Part shown: piece after piece, positions 50,333 to 59,999 of the stretch
Layout of the letters: each line of letters begins with the position of its first letter
Numbering within the stretch: position 1 is the stretch's first letter
Origin: Gammaproteobacteria bacterium
Lineage (GTDB): Bacteria > Pseudomonadota > Gammaproteobacteria > Ga0077536
Assembly (NCBI GenBank): GCA_963662545.2
Contig: CAXXLL010000002.1
Location: forward strand, 2,432,001 to 2,496,000
DNA: 64,000 nt
Direction of reading: 5' to 3'
Program-made: the position numbers and the translations under genes
The notes under the pieces: generated by a model
The model's input: only the letters and a program-made list of their open reading frames with translations
Databases searched by the model: none
What the model was told of the DNA's origin: nothing

Positions 50333-52537
50333 ATGCAACGTTCCCGCTGGCTGCTAATCGCCGCTATCGTCCTTGCGATCGTGGTGTTTCTCGCTTTCGA
50401 TCCGGGCCGTTTCCTCAATCTTGCCTACCTGGAAGCCCAACAATCGTCGCTGCAGAATTACGTCGCCGCCTACCCTTTGCAGGCGTCGGGATTCTGTTTT
50501 CTCATCTACACCGTCGCAACGGCCGTATCCATACCGGGCGCATTTGTCATGACCCTTGCCGCTGGCGCCGTATTCGGCGTGCTCTGGGGAACGGTCATCG
50601 TGTCCTTTGCCAGCACCTTTGGCGCAACCATCGCGTTCCTGATGGCGCGTTATCTTTTCCGAGGGTTCGTGCAGGCGCGCTTCGGCCATCGCTTAGTCGC
50701 ACTCAACCGCGGCATAACACGCGACGGTCCCTTCTATCTGCTCACCTTGCGCCTAATCCCTATCGTGTCGTTCATCGCCATCAATCTGTTGATGGCCTTG
50801 ACGCCGATCAGCATGCGGAATTTTTATATCTACAGCCAGATCGGCATGCTGCCCGCAACTGTGGTGTACGTGTACGCAGGTACACAGCTCGCAGGAATCA
50901 ACAGCCTCGGTGACATCGCCTCGCCACCGGTCCTGGTATCGCTTGGTCTTCTCGCCATCTTTCCGTTCATCGCCAAGGCGATCATCAGCACCATCAAGCG
51001 CCGCCGTTTCCTCGCGAAATTCCCGCCACCGCCCGCAGTCGATCGCAATGTCATCGTCATTGGCGCCGGATCCGCGGGTTTGGTCGCCGCCGTTATCGCC
51101 GCCGCGGTAAAAGCCCGCGTATGCTTGATCGAGGAGCAGCGGATGGGCGGCGATTGCCTATACACCGGGTGTGTGCCCTCGAAGGCCCTGCTCAAGGTGT
51201 CTCGGCAAGTGCACCAGGCGCGTGCATGCGAAAAGCTCGGCATCCGCCGCATGGATGTCGAATTCGATTTCGCGGACGTCATGGAACGCGTTCAACGCGT
51301 GATCGAGCGCCTTGAACCGCACGATTCGATCGAGCGCTTTACGGATCTGGGCGTTGAATGCATCCACGGTCGGGCGCGCCTGATCTCGCCCCATGCGGTC
51401 GAGGTCGATGGGCGTGAGTTGAGCGCACGCGCCATTATCCTTGCCACCGGCGCCAGCCCCTTGGTCCCGCCGATCCCCGGCATCGAGGACGTGGCTTACC
51501 TGACTTCGGAAACGGTATGGGCGCTCCGTACCCTGCCCGACCGGTTGCTGGTGCTGGGCGGTGGGCCCGTCGGCTGCGAACTCGCACAGGCATTCGCACG
51601 ACTGGGAAGCCGCGTGACGGTCGTCGAAAAGGCCGAACGATTACTGCCGCGCGAAGACCCGGAAGTCTCCGAATTCATGCGGGGCATATTCGAAGAGGAA
51701 GGCATCACGCTCAAAATCGGCGCGGCCGCGGTTGGCTTTGCGAACGAGGACGGCACCCGGCGCCTACACTGCGAATTGGAGGACGGCGGCGCGGTAAAAC
51801 CTTTCGACGTCGAATTCGACGAAGTCATCCTCGCGCTCGGGCGACGACCCAACGTCGCCGGTTACGGACTGGAAGAACTCGGCATACCGCTCGGCGAGGA
51901 TGGCAGCATTGACGTCAACGACCATCTGCAGACCGCGCTGCCGACCGTATATGCCTGCGGCGATGTCGCCGGCCCCTACCAATTCACGCACACGGCTTCG
52001 CACCAGGCCTGGTATGCAACGGTCAATGCCTTATTCGGAGGACTCAAGCGGTTCGCCGTCGACTACCGCGTCATTCCATGGTGCACGTTTACCGATCCGG
52101 AAGTCGCGCACGTCGGCTTGAACGAAACCGAAGCGCGCGAGCACGGTACCGACTACGAAGTCACGCGCTATGACATCGACGAACTCGATCGGGCCATTGC
52201 TGACGGATCCAATCGCGGCTTTGTCAAAGTGCTCACCGCACCGGGCACCGATCGCATCCTGGGCGCCACGATCGTCAGTGAGCACGCCGGTGACTTGATC
52301 GCGGAGTTCATCCTAGCCATGAAGCACCACCTGGGCCTGAACAAGATCCTGCGAACGATTCACGTCTATCCGACGTTCTCGGAGGCCAACAAAGCCGCGG
52401 CGGCGAACTGGCGGCGCACCCACACCTCACCCAGAATCCTATCTCTGCTCAAACGCTACCATCGCTGGCGTCGTGAAGGCCGGCGCCGCAATGACAAACC
52501 CGCGGCTGCCGCTGCGGAAAGCACGGACCCCCGCTAG
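50333..52537 (+). CDS. DedA/TVP38 (VTT) domain fused to a MerA/Lpd-like pyridine nucleotide-disulfide oxidoreductase
   Basis: N-terminal TM domain with LRLIP; GAGSAG, GGDCLYTGCVPSK, GGGPVG, HVYPT. Confidence 0.9.
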   Translation: MQRSRWLLIAAIVLAIVVFLAFDPGRFLNLAYLEAQQSSLQNYVAAYPLQASGFCFLIYTVATAVSIPGAFVMTLAAGAVFGVLWGTVIVSFASTFGATIAFLMARYLFRGFVQARFGHRLVALNRGITRDGPFYLLTLRLIPIVSFIAINLLMALTPISMRNFYIYSQIGMLPATVVYVYAGTQLAGINSLGDIASPPVLVSLGLLAIFPFIAKAIISTIKRRRFLAKFPPPPAVDRNVIVIGAGSAGLVAAVIAAAVKARVCLIEEQRMGGDCLYTGCVPSKALLKVSRQVHQARACEKLGIRRMDVEFDFADVMERVQRVIERLEPHDSIERFTDLGVECIHGRARLISPHAVEVDGRELSARAIILATGASPLVPPIPGIEDVAYLTSETVWALRTLPDRLLVLGGGPVGCELAQAFARLGSRVTVVEKAERLLPREDPEVSEFMRGIFEEEGITLKIGAAAVGFANEDGTRRLHCELEDGGAVKPFDVEFDEVILALGRRPNVAGYGLEELGIPLGEDGSIDVNDHLQTALPTVYACGDVAGPYQFTHTASHQAWYATVNALFGGLKRFAVDYRVIPWCTFTDPEVAHVGLNETEAREHGTDYEVTRYDIDELDRAIADGSNRGFVKVLTAPGTDRILGATIVSEHAGDLIAEFILAMKHHLGLNKILRTIHVYPTFSEANKAAAANWRRTHTSPRILSLLKRYHRWRREGRRRNDKPAAAAAESTDPR

Positions 52538-52556
52538 GGACCTGCCGTCCCGCAAA

Positions 52557-53222
52557 TTAGGACGACGCCAGCTTATCGGCGGCGCGGATCGGCTCAGGCA
52601 GGCGAAACCGCGGTGCGCAATCCAGCACCAGGTCGATCGCACTCGTCAAGCTGACGCAATGGCCACTCGATACGAACAGGGGTCTGACTTTTGCTCGCGT
52701 ACGCAAGACGGCGCCGATGCATTCCCCACGGTGCTCGAGCGGCGACCAATCGCCGCGTCGCGCGCCGGGATCGTCGAAACGCCCGACGAGACACGATTTG
52801 GCTACCCCCACCGTTGGTATACCCGCAGCGAGGCCGAGATGACAAGCGCTGCCGATACGCCGCGGATGAGCGAGGCCATGGCCATCGCAGAGCACGATAT
52901 CGGGTTCGACCGCGAGACGGGCAAGCGCATCGAGCATCACCGGTACCTCGCGAAACGACAGCAGGCCCGGAATGTAGGGGAAAAGCGTAGGCCTTTCGAC
53001 CACGACGTCCTCGAGCACTTCGAGTTCCGGAAAACTCATGACGACCACGGCCACGCGGGTAAGCTTGCCGCGCGAAGGAAAACCCGCGTCGATACCCGCC
53101 ACGCGGCGGATCGTCCCGACACGATCGTCGGTGAGCATGCGCGATGCCAGGTGACGCTGCAGTGCCACCGCTTCGGTCGGCGTGAGCCGCCATTGTGCGG
53201 GATCGTCACTGCGCAAAGTCAC
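52557..53222 (-). CDS. nfi: Endonuclease V
   Basis: AGIDAG, PYIPGLLSFRE, DGHGLAHPRR, RLPEPIRAAD. Confidence 0.95.
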   Translation of the reverse strand: MTLRSDDPAQWRLTPTEAVALQRHLASRMLTDDRVGTIRRVAGIDAGFPSRGKLTRVAVVVMSFPELEVLEDVVVERPTLFPYIPGLLSFREVPVMLDALARLAVEPDIVLCDGHGLAHPRRIGSACHLGLAAGIPTVGVAKSCLVGRFDDPGARRGDWSPLEHRGECIGAVLRTRAKVRPLFVSSGHCVSLTSAIDLVLDCAPRFRLPEPIRAADKLASS

Positions 53223-53967
53223 TGGCCTCGGCGATAAGGTCTTCGATCAGGGCCGCGAGCAGGCGCTCACCCTTCTCAATCGTCGCCCGCGTCGGATCGC
53301 CATTGACGCCGGTCGGCGAATAGTTCGGCGCATCGGGATCGCTGCGGTTAAAAATCCCGCGTTTGACAGGTACTTCGGCCGGGCGTGCGCGACCGAGTAC
53401 GACGCGGGACGGGTCGATCGCGAGCATGAGTGCCGTCTCGATTTCATCGGCATGGCCGCCGAAAACCTGCTCCTCGATTTCAAGTACCGTCCGCGCGAAG
53501 CGTGGGCCGGCGTAACAGTTGAACAGCCGCGTTGGCGGGCGCGTTGCGCGCGCCTCAAGCAATCGCTCGAGCGGAGGAATGGTACTGATCCCGGTATTCA
53601 ACAGGACGATGCGTGAAGCGCCTGCATGGTCGATGCCGTCGAGGATTTCGGTGATGACGGCGCGGAACGTTTCTTCGCTGAGCGAGATGCTGCCCGGATA
53701 CTCGGTGAACGCGGGATAGTAGCCGTAACTCGCGACCGGCCAGTCGAACGTATCTGCCAGCCGCTCGGCATAAAACGCGGCCTGAATAAAATCGGTCCCG
53801 TGCGGAAGATGCAGACCATGTTCCTTCGATGCCGCGCCGATCGGCAATAAGGCCGCTGCCCCTGTGGCGAGCCGCCGTTCCACCGCGGTCCAGGACAGAT
53901 CCTGCACCCAGTTGCCATCATCCAAGCCGTGTTCAACCATGGCTGCTTCCGACCCTTTTTTCGCCAT
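53206..53967 (-). CDS. Creatininase family protein
   Basis: KEHGLHLPHGTD, GGHADEIETA, GVNGDP..AT.EKG. Confidence 0.85.
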   Translation of the reverse strand: MAKKGSEAAMVEHGLDDGNWVQDLSWTAVERRLATGAAALLPIGAASKEHGLHLPHGTDFIQAAFYAERLADTFDWPVASYGYYPAFTEYPGSISLSEETFRAVITEILDGIDHAGASRIVLLNTGISTIPPLERLLEARATRPPTRLFNCYAGPRFARTVLEIEEQVFGGHADEIETALMLAIDPSRVVLGRARPAEVPVKRGIFNRSDPDAPNYSPTGVNGDPTRATIEKGERLLAALIEDLIAEASDFAQ

Positions 53968-53998
53968 TCACGTTATCATCGCGCATTGCCGCACCTAA

Positions 53999-54159
53999 GG
54001 AACCTCTGGATAAGTTATGGACACCTGCCTTGCGCCTGAAATCGCGGAGCCTTACGTTGCGAATCTTGCCAATAGTCCCCAATATGGCCTGCGATTCGTG
54101 CCTTGATGTGCACGATTTCATGCACCATTCACCCGCACCTTAACTTATGCAGAGGTCCC
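53999..54159. mobile_element. MITE family A copy 9 (161 bp)
   Basis: Family sequence; CTAA duplicated. Confidence 0.88.
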
Positions 54160-54173
54160 CTAATGCCCGCAAG

Positions 54174-54692
54174 ATGATCGAAGCGATCAAATCAAAAATC
54201 AGGGACATACCGGATTTCCCCGCGCCCGGCGTCGTGTTCAAGGATCTCACGCCTCTCATTCGCGATCACCAGGCGCTGAAACTCGCCACCGAGATGCTGA
54301 TCGACCCCTTCCGGGAAGCGCGCATTACGGCCGTACTCGGCATGGAAGCCCGTGGCTTCATCTTCGGTTCGCTCGCGGCGATGGAACTCGGCGTGGGTTT
54401 CGTACCCCTGCGGAAACCGGGCAAACTCCCCGCGGCGACTTTCAATGTGAGCTACGAACTCGAATACGGTTCTGCAGAACTCCACATGCACACCGACGCG
54501 TTGAACGGCGACGATCGCGTGCTGCTGGTCGACGATCTGATCGCAACCGGCGGCACGGCCGCGGCAAGCCTCGAACTCGCGCAGCGCGCGGGTGCGAACG
54601 TCGTGGCGTGCGCATTTGTGGTGGAACTCGAATTTCTCAACGGCCGCGCCGCACTCGGCGATTGCAATGTCCACACTCTGGTGTGCTATTGA
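54174..54692 (+). CDS. apt: Adenine phosphoribosyltransferase
   Basis: IPDFPAPGVVFKD, EARGF, RKPGKLP, LEYG, VDDLIATGGT. Confidence 0.96.
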   Translation: MIEAIKSKIRDIPDFPAPGVVFKDLTPLIRDHQALKLATEMLIDPFREARITAVLGMEARGFIFGSLAAMELGVGFVPLRKPGKLPAATFNVSYELEYGSAELHMHTDALNGDDRVLLVDDLIATGGTAAASLELAQRAGANVVACAFVVELEFLNGRAALGDCNVHTLVCY

Positions 54693-55309
54693 GTCTGAAA
54701 GAAATCAGTCCGGATTCAATCCTCGAATTCTGGTTCGGGACTTCGCTCGACGATCCGGAAGCGCTGGCCGCGCGAAACGAAATTTGGTTCGCCGCCGACG
54801 AAGCCTTTGACCAGACAGTGCGCGACCGCTTTGGCGCTCATTTGGAGCAGGCGGCGCGTGGGGATTACAAGCTCTGGAAACTGACGCCACGGGGGACCCT
54901 CGCTCTGATCATCACTTTCGATCAGCTTCCTCGGAACATCTTTCGGAGCACACCGCAGGCGTTTACCTACGATGAACGCGCGCTCGCGCTGTGCCGCGAC
55001 GGCGTTGCCATGGGTATCGATCGTGAACTCGAGCTTATCGAGCGCACTTTCTTTTATATGCCACTTGAACACGCCGAGGATCTCGACGCCCAGGACAAGA
55101 GCTTGGCCTGTTTCGAAGCACTCGACGCCGACGCCCCGGATCCGCTGAAGAAAATCACCACCGCTTACCTGCGCTACGCCGTGACGCATCGCGAGATCGT
55201 GCGCCGCTTCGGCCGTTTCCCGCACCGCAATCTGGTGCTGGGAAGAAAATCGACGCCGGAGGAAATCGAATGGATAGCCTCCGATGGCAATACTTTTGGG
55301 CAGAGTTGA
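54689..55309 (+). CDS. DUF924 family protein
   Basis: ILEFWFG, DQLPRNIFR, FFYMPLEHAE, RFGRFPHRN. Confidence 0.9.
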   Translation: MSLKEISPDSILEFWFGTSLDDPEALAARNEIWFAADEAFDQTVRDRFGAHLEQAARGDYKLWKLTPRGTLALIITFDQLPRNIFRSTPQAFTYDERALALCRDGVAMGIDRELELIERTFFYMPLEHAEDLDAQDKSLACFEALDADAPDPLKKITTAYLRYAVTHREIVRRFGRFPHRNLVLGRKSTPEEIEWIASDGNTFGQS

Positions 55310-55315
55310 AGATCC

Positions 55316-56095
55316 GTGTGCTTACTGCTCGTAGCGCATGACGCACACCCCGATTACCGGATGATCGTCGCCGCCAACCGCGATGAGTACCACGCGCGGC
55401 CCGCGCTGCCGGCGGACCGCTGGCTGGACAGCCCCGGTATCCTCGGGGGGCGCGATCTCGAAAGCGGTGGCACCTGGCTGGCCATTCACGAGAGCGGTCG
55501 TTTCGCCGCCGTGACCAATGTTCGAGCTGGCCACGCGGTGCGCTCCGGCCCGCGATCGCGCGGCTTGATCGTCACTGACTTCCTTAGCGAGACTACCAGC
55601 GCAGCGGCGTTTACCGCTTCGCTGGCATCCAAGGCGCGCGATTACGATGGTTTCAACCTTCTCGCCCATGACGGTACCGATCTGACCTGGTATTCCAATC
55701 AGGCCGATGAACCGCACACGCTTGAGGCGGGGATCTATACGCTGAGCAATGCGCAACTCGATACGCGCTGGCCAAAAACGGAATGGCTGCGTACGGGCTT
55801 CGATTCCGTCATGAACGACCATGAAGGCGACCCATTTCCCGGCCTGCTCGATCTACTGCGTAAGGCCGAGCGCGCGAGCGATGATGCCTTACCTAATACC
55901 GGCGTCGGACGTGAGATGGAAAGCCTGCTGTCTGCCATTTTTATCGAAGGCAGCCGCTACGGCACGCGCTGTTCGACGGTCGTGACGATCGATCGCGGCA
56001 GTCATATTCGATTCTGTGAACGGCGCTACGACTCGAGCGGACAATGCACGGGGGACAGCTGGTTCGCATTTGAACTAGGCGACGCCGCGCTTTAG
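55316..56095 (+). CDS. NRDE (TANGO2) family protein
   Basis: MCL start, ANRDE, GGTWL, YGTRCST. Confidence 0.93.
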   Translation: MCLLLVAHDAHPDYRMIVAANRDEYHARPALPADRWLDSPGILGGRDLESGGTWLAIHESGRFAAVTNVRAGHAVRSGPRSRGLIVTDFLSETTSAAAFTASLASKARDYDGFNLLAHDGTDLTWYSNQADEPHTLEAGIYTLSNAQLDTRWPKTEWLRTGFDSVMNDHEGDPFPGLLDLLRKAERASDDALPNTGVGREMESLLSAIFIEGSRYGTRCSTVVTIDRGSHIRFCERRYDSSGQCTGDSWFAFELGDAAL

Positions 56096-56124
56096 GATCT
56101 GCTCACCCCATTGCGATATCACCC

Positions 56125-57408
56125 ATGGCGACACCCGTAGCAAACCTCGGACGCCGCATCGGCGAACTTACCAACGCGCGGATCAGTGAACGGTATGCCG
56201 CCGTGCGCGCTCTGACGGAGATCTTGATCGAACCGCTCTCGGCGGAAGACACCTGCGTGCAATCGATGCCCGATGCCAGCCCCGCGAAGTGGCACCTCGC
56301 CCACGTCACCTGGTTTTTCGAGACCTTTGTGCTCGAACCGCACGAAACCGGATTCAAACCGTTCCATCCGGCTTTTCGCGAACTGTTCAATTCGTACTAC
56401 AACTCGATTGGTGAGCAGTACCCGCGCCCGGCTCGCGGCATGATCACACGTCCGTCGTTAGCGGAAGTGATTGACTATCGCCACGCAGTCGACGAACGCA
56501 TAGGCACCGCGATCGAGACCGCTGATCGCGATCTCCTCGGCATCATCGAGCTCGGATTGCACCACGAACAGCAACACCAGGAACTGCTGTTAATGGACAT
56601 CAAACATTTATTGTCCCTTAACCCCTCGTATCCAAGTTATCGCGATTGTGCACAACCCGAGCCGCGGCCGCTGGAACCGCGCCAGCCAGTAGCCTTTGCT
56701 GGCGGTTTAGTTGAGATCGGACACGATGATTTCTCGTTCCGCTACGACAATGAAACGCCCCGCCACAAAGTCTGGCTCGAGCCGTTCGAACTGGAATCGC
56801 GGCCGATTACCAACGGCGAATACCTGGAGTTCGTCGAGAGCGGCTGCTACGAGCTGGCAAGCTTGTGGCTCGCCGACGGCTGGACAAAGATCAACGACGA
56901 GGGCTGGCGCTCACCGGGGTATTGGCGGCGGTGCGATGGCGATTGGTTCGAATTCACGCTCGGCGGCCTTGAACCACTCGACCTCAATGCGCCTGTTTGC
57001 CACGTCAGCCATTATGAAGCGGATGCGTTCGCCCGCTGGGCCGGCGCCCGCCTGCCGAGTGAATTCGAATGGGAAGCCGCCGTCGCCGACATAAAGGTCG
57101 AAGGAAATTTCATGGCTTCCGGTTTTCTCCATCCGCGACAAAGCGGCGACGGCGGCACGAAGCGACTCCACCAGGCATTCGGCGACGTGTGGGAGTGGAC
57201 CCGCTCAGCCTACACACCCTACCCCGGCTTCACGACCGAAAAAGGCGCGATCGGAGAATACAACGGGAAATTCATGAGCAATCAAACCATACTCAAGGGC
57301 GGCGGCTGCGCGACGCCCACCGGGCATTCGCGCGCGAGTTACCGGAATTTCTTTTATCCTCACAACCGTTGGCAATTTTCGGGGATCCGGCTCGCCCACG
57401 ACACCTGA
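56125..57408 (+). CDS. egtB: Ergothioneine biosynthesis sulfoxide synthase EgtB
   Basis: SPAKWHLAHVTWFFE, HHEQQHQEL, GEYNGKF, YRNFF...RWQFSG. Confidence 0.88.
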   Translation: MATPVANLGRRIGELTNARISERYAAVRALTEILIEPLSAEDTCVQSMPDASPAKWHLAHVTWFFETFVLEPHETGFKPFHPAFRELFNSYYNSIGEQYPRPARGMITRPSLAEVIDYRHAVDERIGTAIETADRDLLGIIELGLHHEQQHQELLLMDIKHLLSLNPSYPSYRDCAQPEPRPLEPRQPVAFAGGLVEIGHDDFSFRYDNETPRHKVWLEPFELESRPITNGEYLEFVESGCYELASLWLADGWTKINDEGWRSPGYWRRCDGDWFEFTLGGLEPLDLNAPVCHVSHYEADAFARWAGARLPSEFEWEAAVADIKVEGNFMASGFLHPRQSGDGGTKRLHQAFGDVWEWTRSAYTPYPGFTTEKGAIGEYNGKFMSNQTILKGGGCATPTGHSRASYRNFFYPHNRWQFSGIRLAHDT

Positions 57409-57423
57409 ACGGGTGCGGGCTAG

Positions 57424-57681
57424 CCCGCCTATTGCACGACGGACGGCGGATACCGGCGCAGGACAGGTGCGTCTGGACGCCGGTCTGGAACTCGAGTCTG
57501 AGCTGTAGCTATGGCGAGAGCTTGACCTGAGTCCAGGCGCACATGGACCAGCCGGTGCCGTCGTAGGCCGCCAGCGGTGGTACCCATTGCAATTTGCTCG
57601 AACATCGTCGAATGGCCTGATTAATCCTGTTCGCTCAACAACTTCTCTGAGCGCCGCGGCCGCCTTCGTGCGATAGGCGGG
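57424..57681. mobile_element. MITE-like family C element (258 bp)
   Basis: Termini CCCGCCTATTGCACGACGG / CCTTCGTGCGATAGGCGGG (17 of 19 complementary); CTAG on both sides. Confidence 0.65.
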
Positions 57682-58458
57682 CTAGCTACTCAAGCCGCCA
57701 TTGATCTTCAATGATTGCCCAGTGATGAACGCGGCTTCATCCGAGCAGAGAAAGACCGCGGCCGCCGCGACATCCGCCGGCGTTCCTAAACGCCGCATGG
57801 GCGTCTGCCCGATCACGGCTGCTCGGTAATCGTCATCCATATCCTTTTCTGCGAATGCCGTCGCAATCCAACCGGGCGCGAGTTCATTGACGCGGATCGC
57901 AGGTGCGAGCGAGCGCGCCAGCGAACGGGTGAATCCCGTCACGCCCGCTTTGATCGCGGCGAACATCTCGGGGTTGCGCTCGGCCATACCGGCGAGCGCC
58001 ATATCCCAGGACATGTTGAGAATGACGCCCGCTGCCTGGGTCCGCATGATCTCCGCGACTTTCCACGAGCACAGCATCGTCCCGCGCAAGTCTACGTCGA
58101 TCAGGCGCGACAGCTTCTCCACGTCTTCGAGCTTCGCCGCCGCGCCCGTGAGAATGTCCGCGCCTGCGATGTTGGCCCAGATGTCGATGCCGCCTAGCAG
58201 TCGCTTCGATTCGTGCACGAGACGGTGGACGTCCTTTACGTTCGACACATCGGCCTGGATTTCGCTGCCAGACCCGCCTGCAGCAGAGACAAGCTCCACC
58301 GTCTCGCGTGCCCCGTCATGCGAACGCGCGTAATTCACCACCACCGAAGCGCCTTCTCGGGCAAAAGCAACGGCGATGGCCCGGCCGATGCCACTGCTCG
58401 CACCGGTTATAACTGCGCGTTTATCCGTAAGCCGCATACCGCTTAATGCTTTCATCAA
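57682..58458 (-). CDS. SDR family oxidoreductase
   Basis: TGASSGIG, FxxxK in place of YxxxK, GQSLKINGG. Confidence 0.88.
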   Translation of the reverse strand: MMKALSGMRLTDKRAVITGASSGIGRAIAVAFAREGASVVVNYARSHDGARETVELVSAAGGSGSEIQADVSNVKDVHRLVHESKRLLGGIDIWANIAGADILTGAAAKLEDVEKLSRLIDVDLRGTMLCSWKVAEIMRTQAAGVILNMSWDMALAGMAERNPEMFAAIKAGVTGFTRSLARSLAPAIRVNELAPGWIATAFAEKDMDDDYRAAVIGQTPMRRLGTPADVAAAAVFLCSDEAAFITGQSLKINGGLSS

Positions 58459-58598
58459 ATTGGTGTTCGACGAAGCCTAGCACGACGATCCGGCGGCAAG
58501 TAGCGGATAAAATTCAATATTGGCCGACCATAGCGCAGTGGTCGCGTCACGCGAACTGTGTTTAAGTTAACGGCTTATCCAGGGGATATTCGGAGTCG

Positions 58599-58907
58599 AT
58601 GGACGACTGGTATCTGTATCTCGTGCGAACGCGGCTCGGTACTTTGTACACGGGGATCTCAACCGATGTTCCAAGACGGCTGTCCGAACACGAGGGCCAT
58701 GAAAAAGGCGCGAAATACTTGCGATCCAAAGGCCCGCTCGAACTCGCCTACGCAGTAAGAATCGGTGACCGAGCACTCGCATTGCGGGCAGAACACGTAT
58801 TGAAGCAGTTGCCGAAAGCGGACAAGGAAAAGATCGTCCGCCGTCAACCCGCGCCCGCGAACCTCTTGGAACTCCTGGGCGTCGCATCTTCAAATCGAAC
58901 GGCGTGA
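58599..58907 (+). CDS. GIY-YIG nuclease family protein (YhbQ-like)
   Basis: WYLYLV...LYTGISTDVPRRL..H...GAKY. Confidence 0.9.
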   Translation: MDDWYLYLVRTRLGTLYTGISTDVPRRLSEHEGHEKGAKYLRSKGPLELAYAVRIGDRALALRAEHVLKQLPKADKEKIVRRQPAPANLLELLGVASSNRTA

Positions 58908-59030
58908 TGCTTGATACCGGTCCTTTTCGCTTGAGTATTCGCGAGCGGAGCAAAGTGGTTAAATGAACCGAGATGCAACTATGCTGAACACAATACCCAC
59001 CCACTTACAGCCATCCGAGCGTAATAACCC

Positions 59031-59453
59031 ATGAATAAGCTGCTTCGCCCATTGGTCCTTGGTTTCTGCCTACTCGCCACCGCATCATCTGCGATCGCCG
59101 AAGAGGAATTGGGAAAGGTAGCCGAATGCGCGCACTCGGTGGCATCGGTCCCGATAAACATAAAGGGGATCTTGAGCCCGATTTACTCGGCAACATCCAG
59201 CGACGAGCGCCTGGCGGCGGCATCCAAAGAGCTCCATACGCTGATGTCAGAAATCAATTTCTGCCGAGTATTCGTTCTTTCAGGAGAAACGACGAGCACC
59301 GAAAAGCAACGCGATGCAATGGAATGGAAGTCCCTCAATCAGTGGTTGATCCGGCTGACGAATTTCACCAGCCTCAATGCGAAAGGCGATATGGACCTGG
59401 ACTGGAAAGAGGAATACGAACTTTTTATCGAAGTCTACGAATTGGAAATCTAA
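59031..59453 (+). CDS. Hypothetical exported protein
   Basis: Signal peptide ending AIA; helical; two cysteines in the mature part. Confidence 0.6.
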   Translation: MNKLLRPLVLGFCLLATASSAIAEEELGKVAECAHSVASVPINIKGILSPIYSATSSDERLAAASKELHTLMSEINFCRVFVLSGETTSTEKQRDAMEWKSLNQWLIRLTNFTSLNAKGDMDLDWKEEYELFIEVYELEI

Positions 59454-59568
59454 ACGATTTTCCGGCGTTCGATCATTCGAACGGCATCGACTCGACGAGG
59501 TGCTGCGGGCCGCCCGTCCTTGTCGCAAAACCAATGCATGGTTTCCGTAAAGACCTGAGAGCATCATC

Positions 59569-59841
59569 ATGACGATGGAGTGGTATGACTATGTCGGCAC
59601 CGGCGGGGTAATAATGATCCTGATTGCCTATTTCCTGCTGCAGACCGAACGGCTCGCGAGCACTGCGCTCAGCTATTCGGTGCTCAATCTGCTGGGCGCC
59701 TCGTTCATCACTGTGTCGCTGTTGTTCGATTTCAATCTGTCGGCATTCGTCATCGAAGTGTGCTGGGTCGCCATCAGTATCTACGGCATCATGCGCTACG
59801 CTCGGGACAGGCATAAGGGTAGCACCCGCACCGCCGGGTAA
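59569..59841 (+). CDS. CBU_0592-like small membrane protein
   Basis: Three hydrophobic helices; AYFLLQ, YSVLNLLGA, FNLSAFVIE..W. Confidence 0.75.
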   Translation: MTMEWYDYVGTGGVIMILIAYFLLQTERLASTALSYSVLNLLGASFITVSLLFDFNLSAFVIEVCWVAISIYGIMRYARDRHKGSTRTAG

Positions 59842-59999
59842 AGACGCTTTCCGCTTACCGGACATTACTTCGGATATACTCGTGGCCGACGGTCGACGAC
59901 CGCTCAGTAACGGGTCTGCCGGTCGTTTTAGAACTTGAGAAACCGCGCGTGCACCGCGACTGCTGCACCGCTGGATTTCCGACGAGGTAGATATACAAA

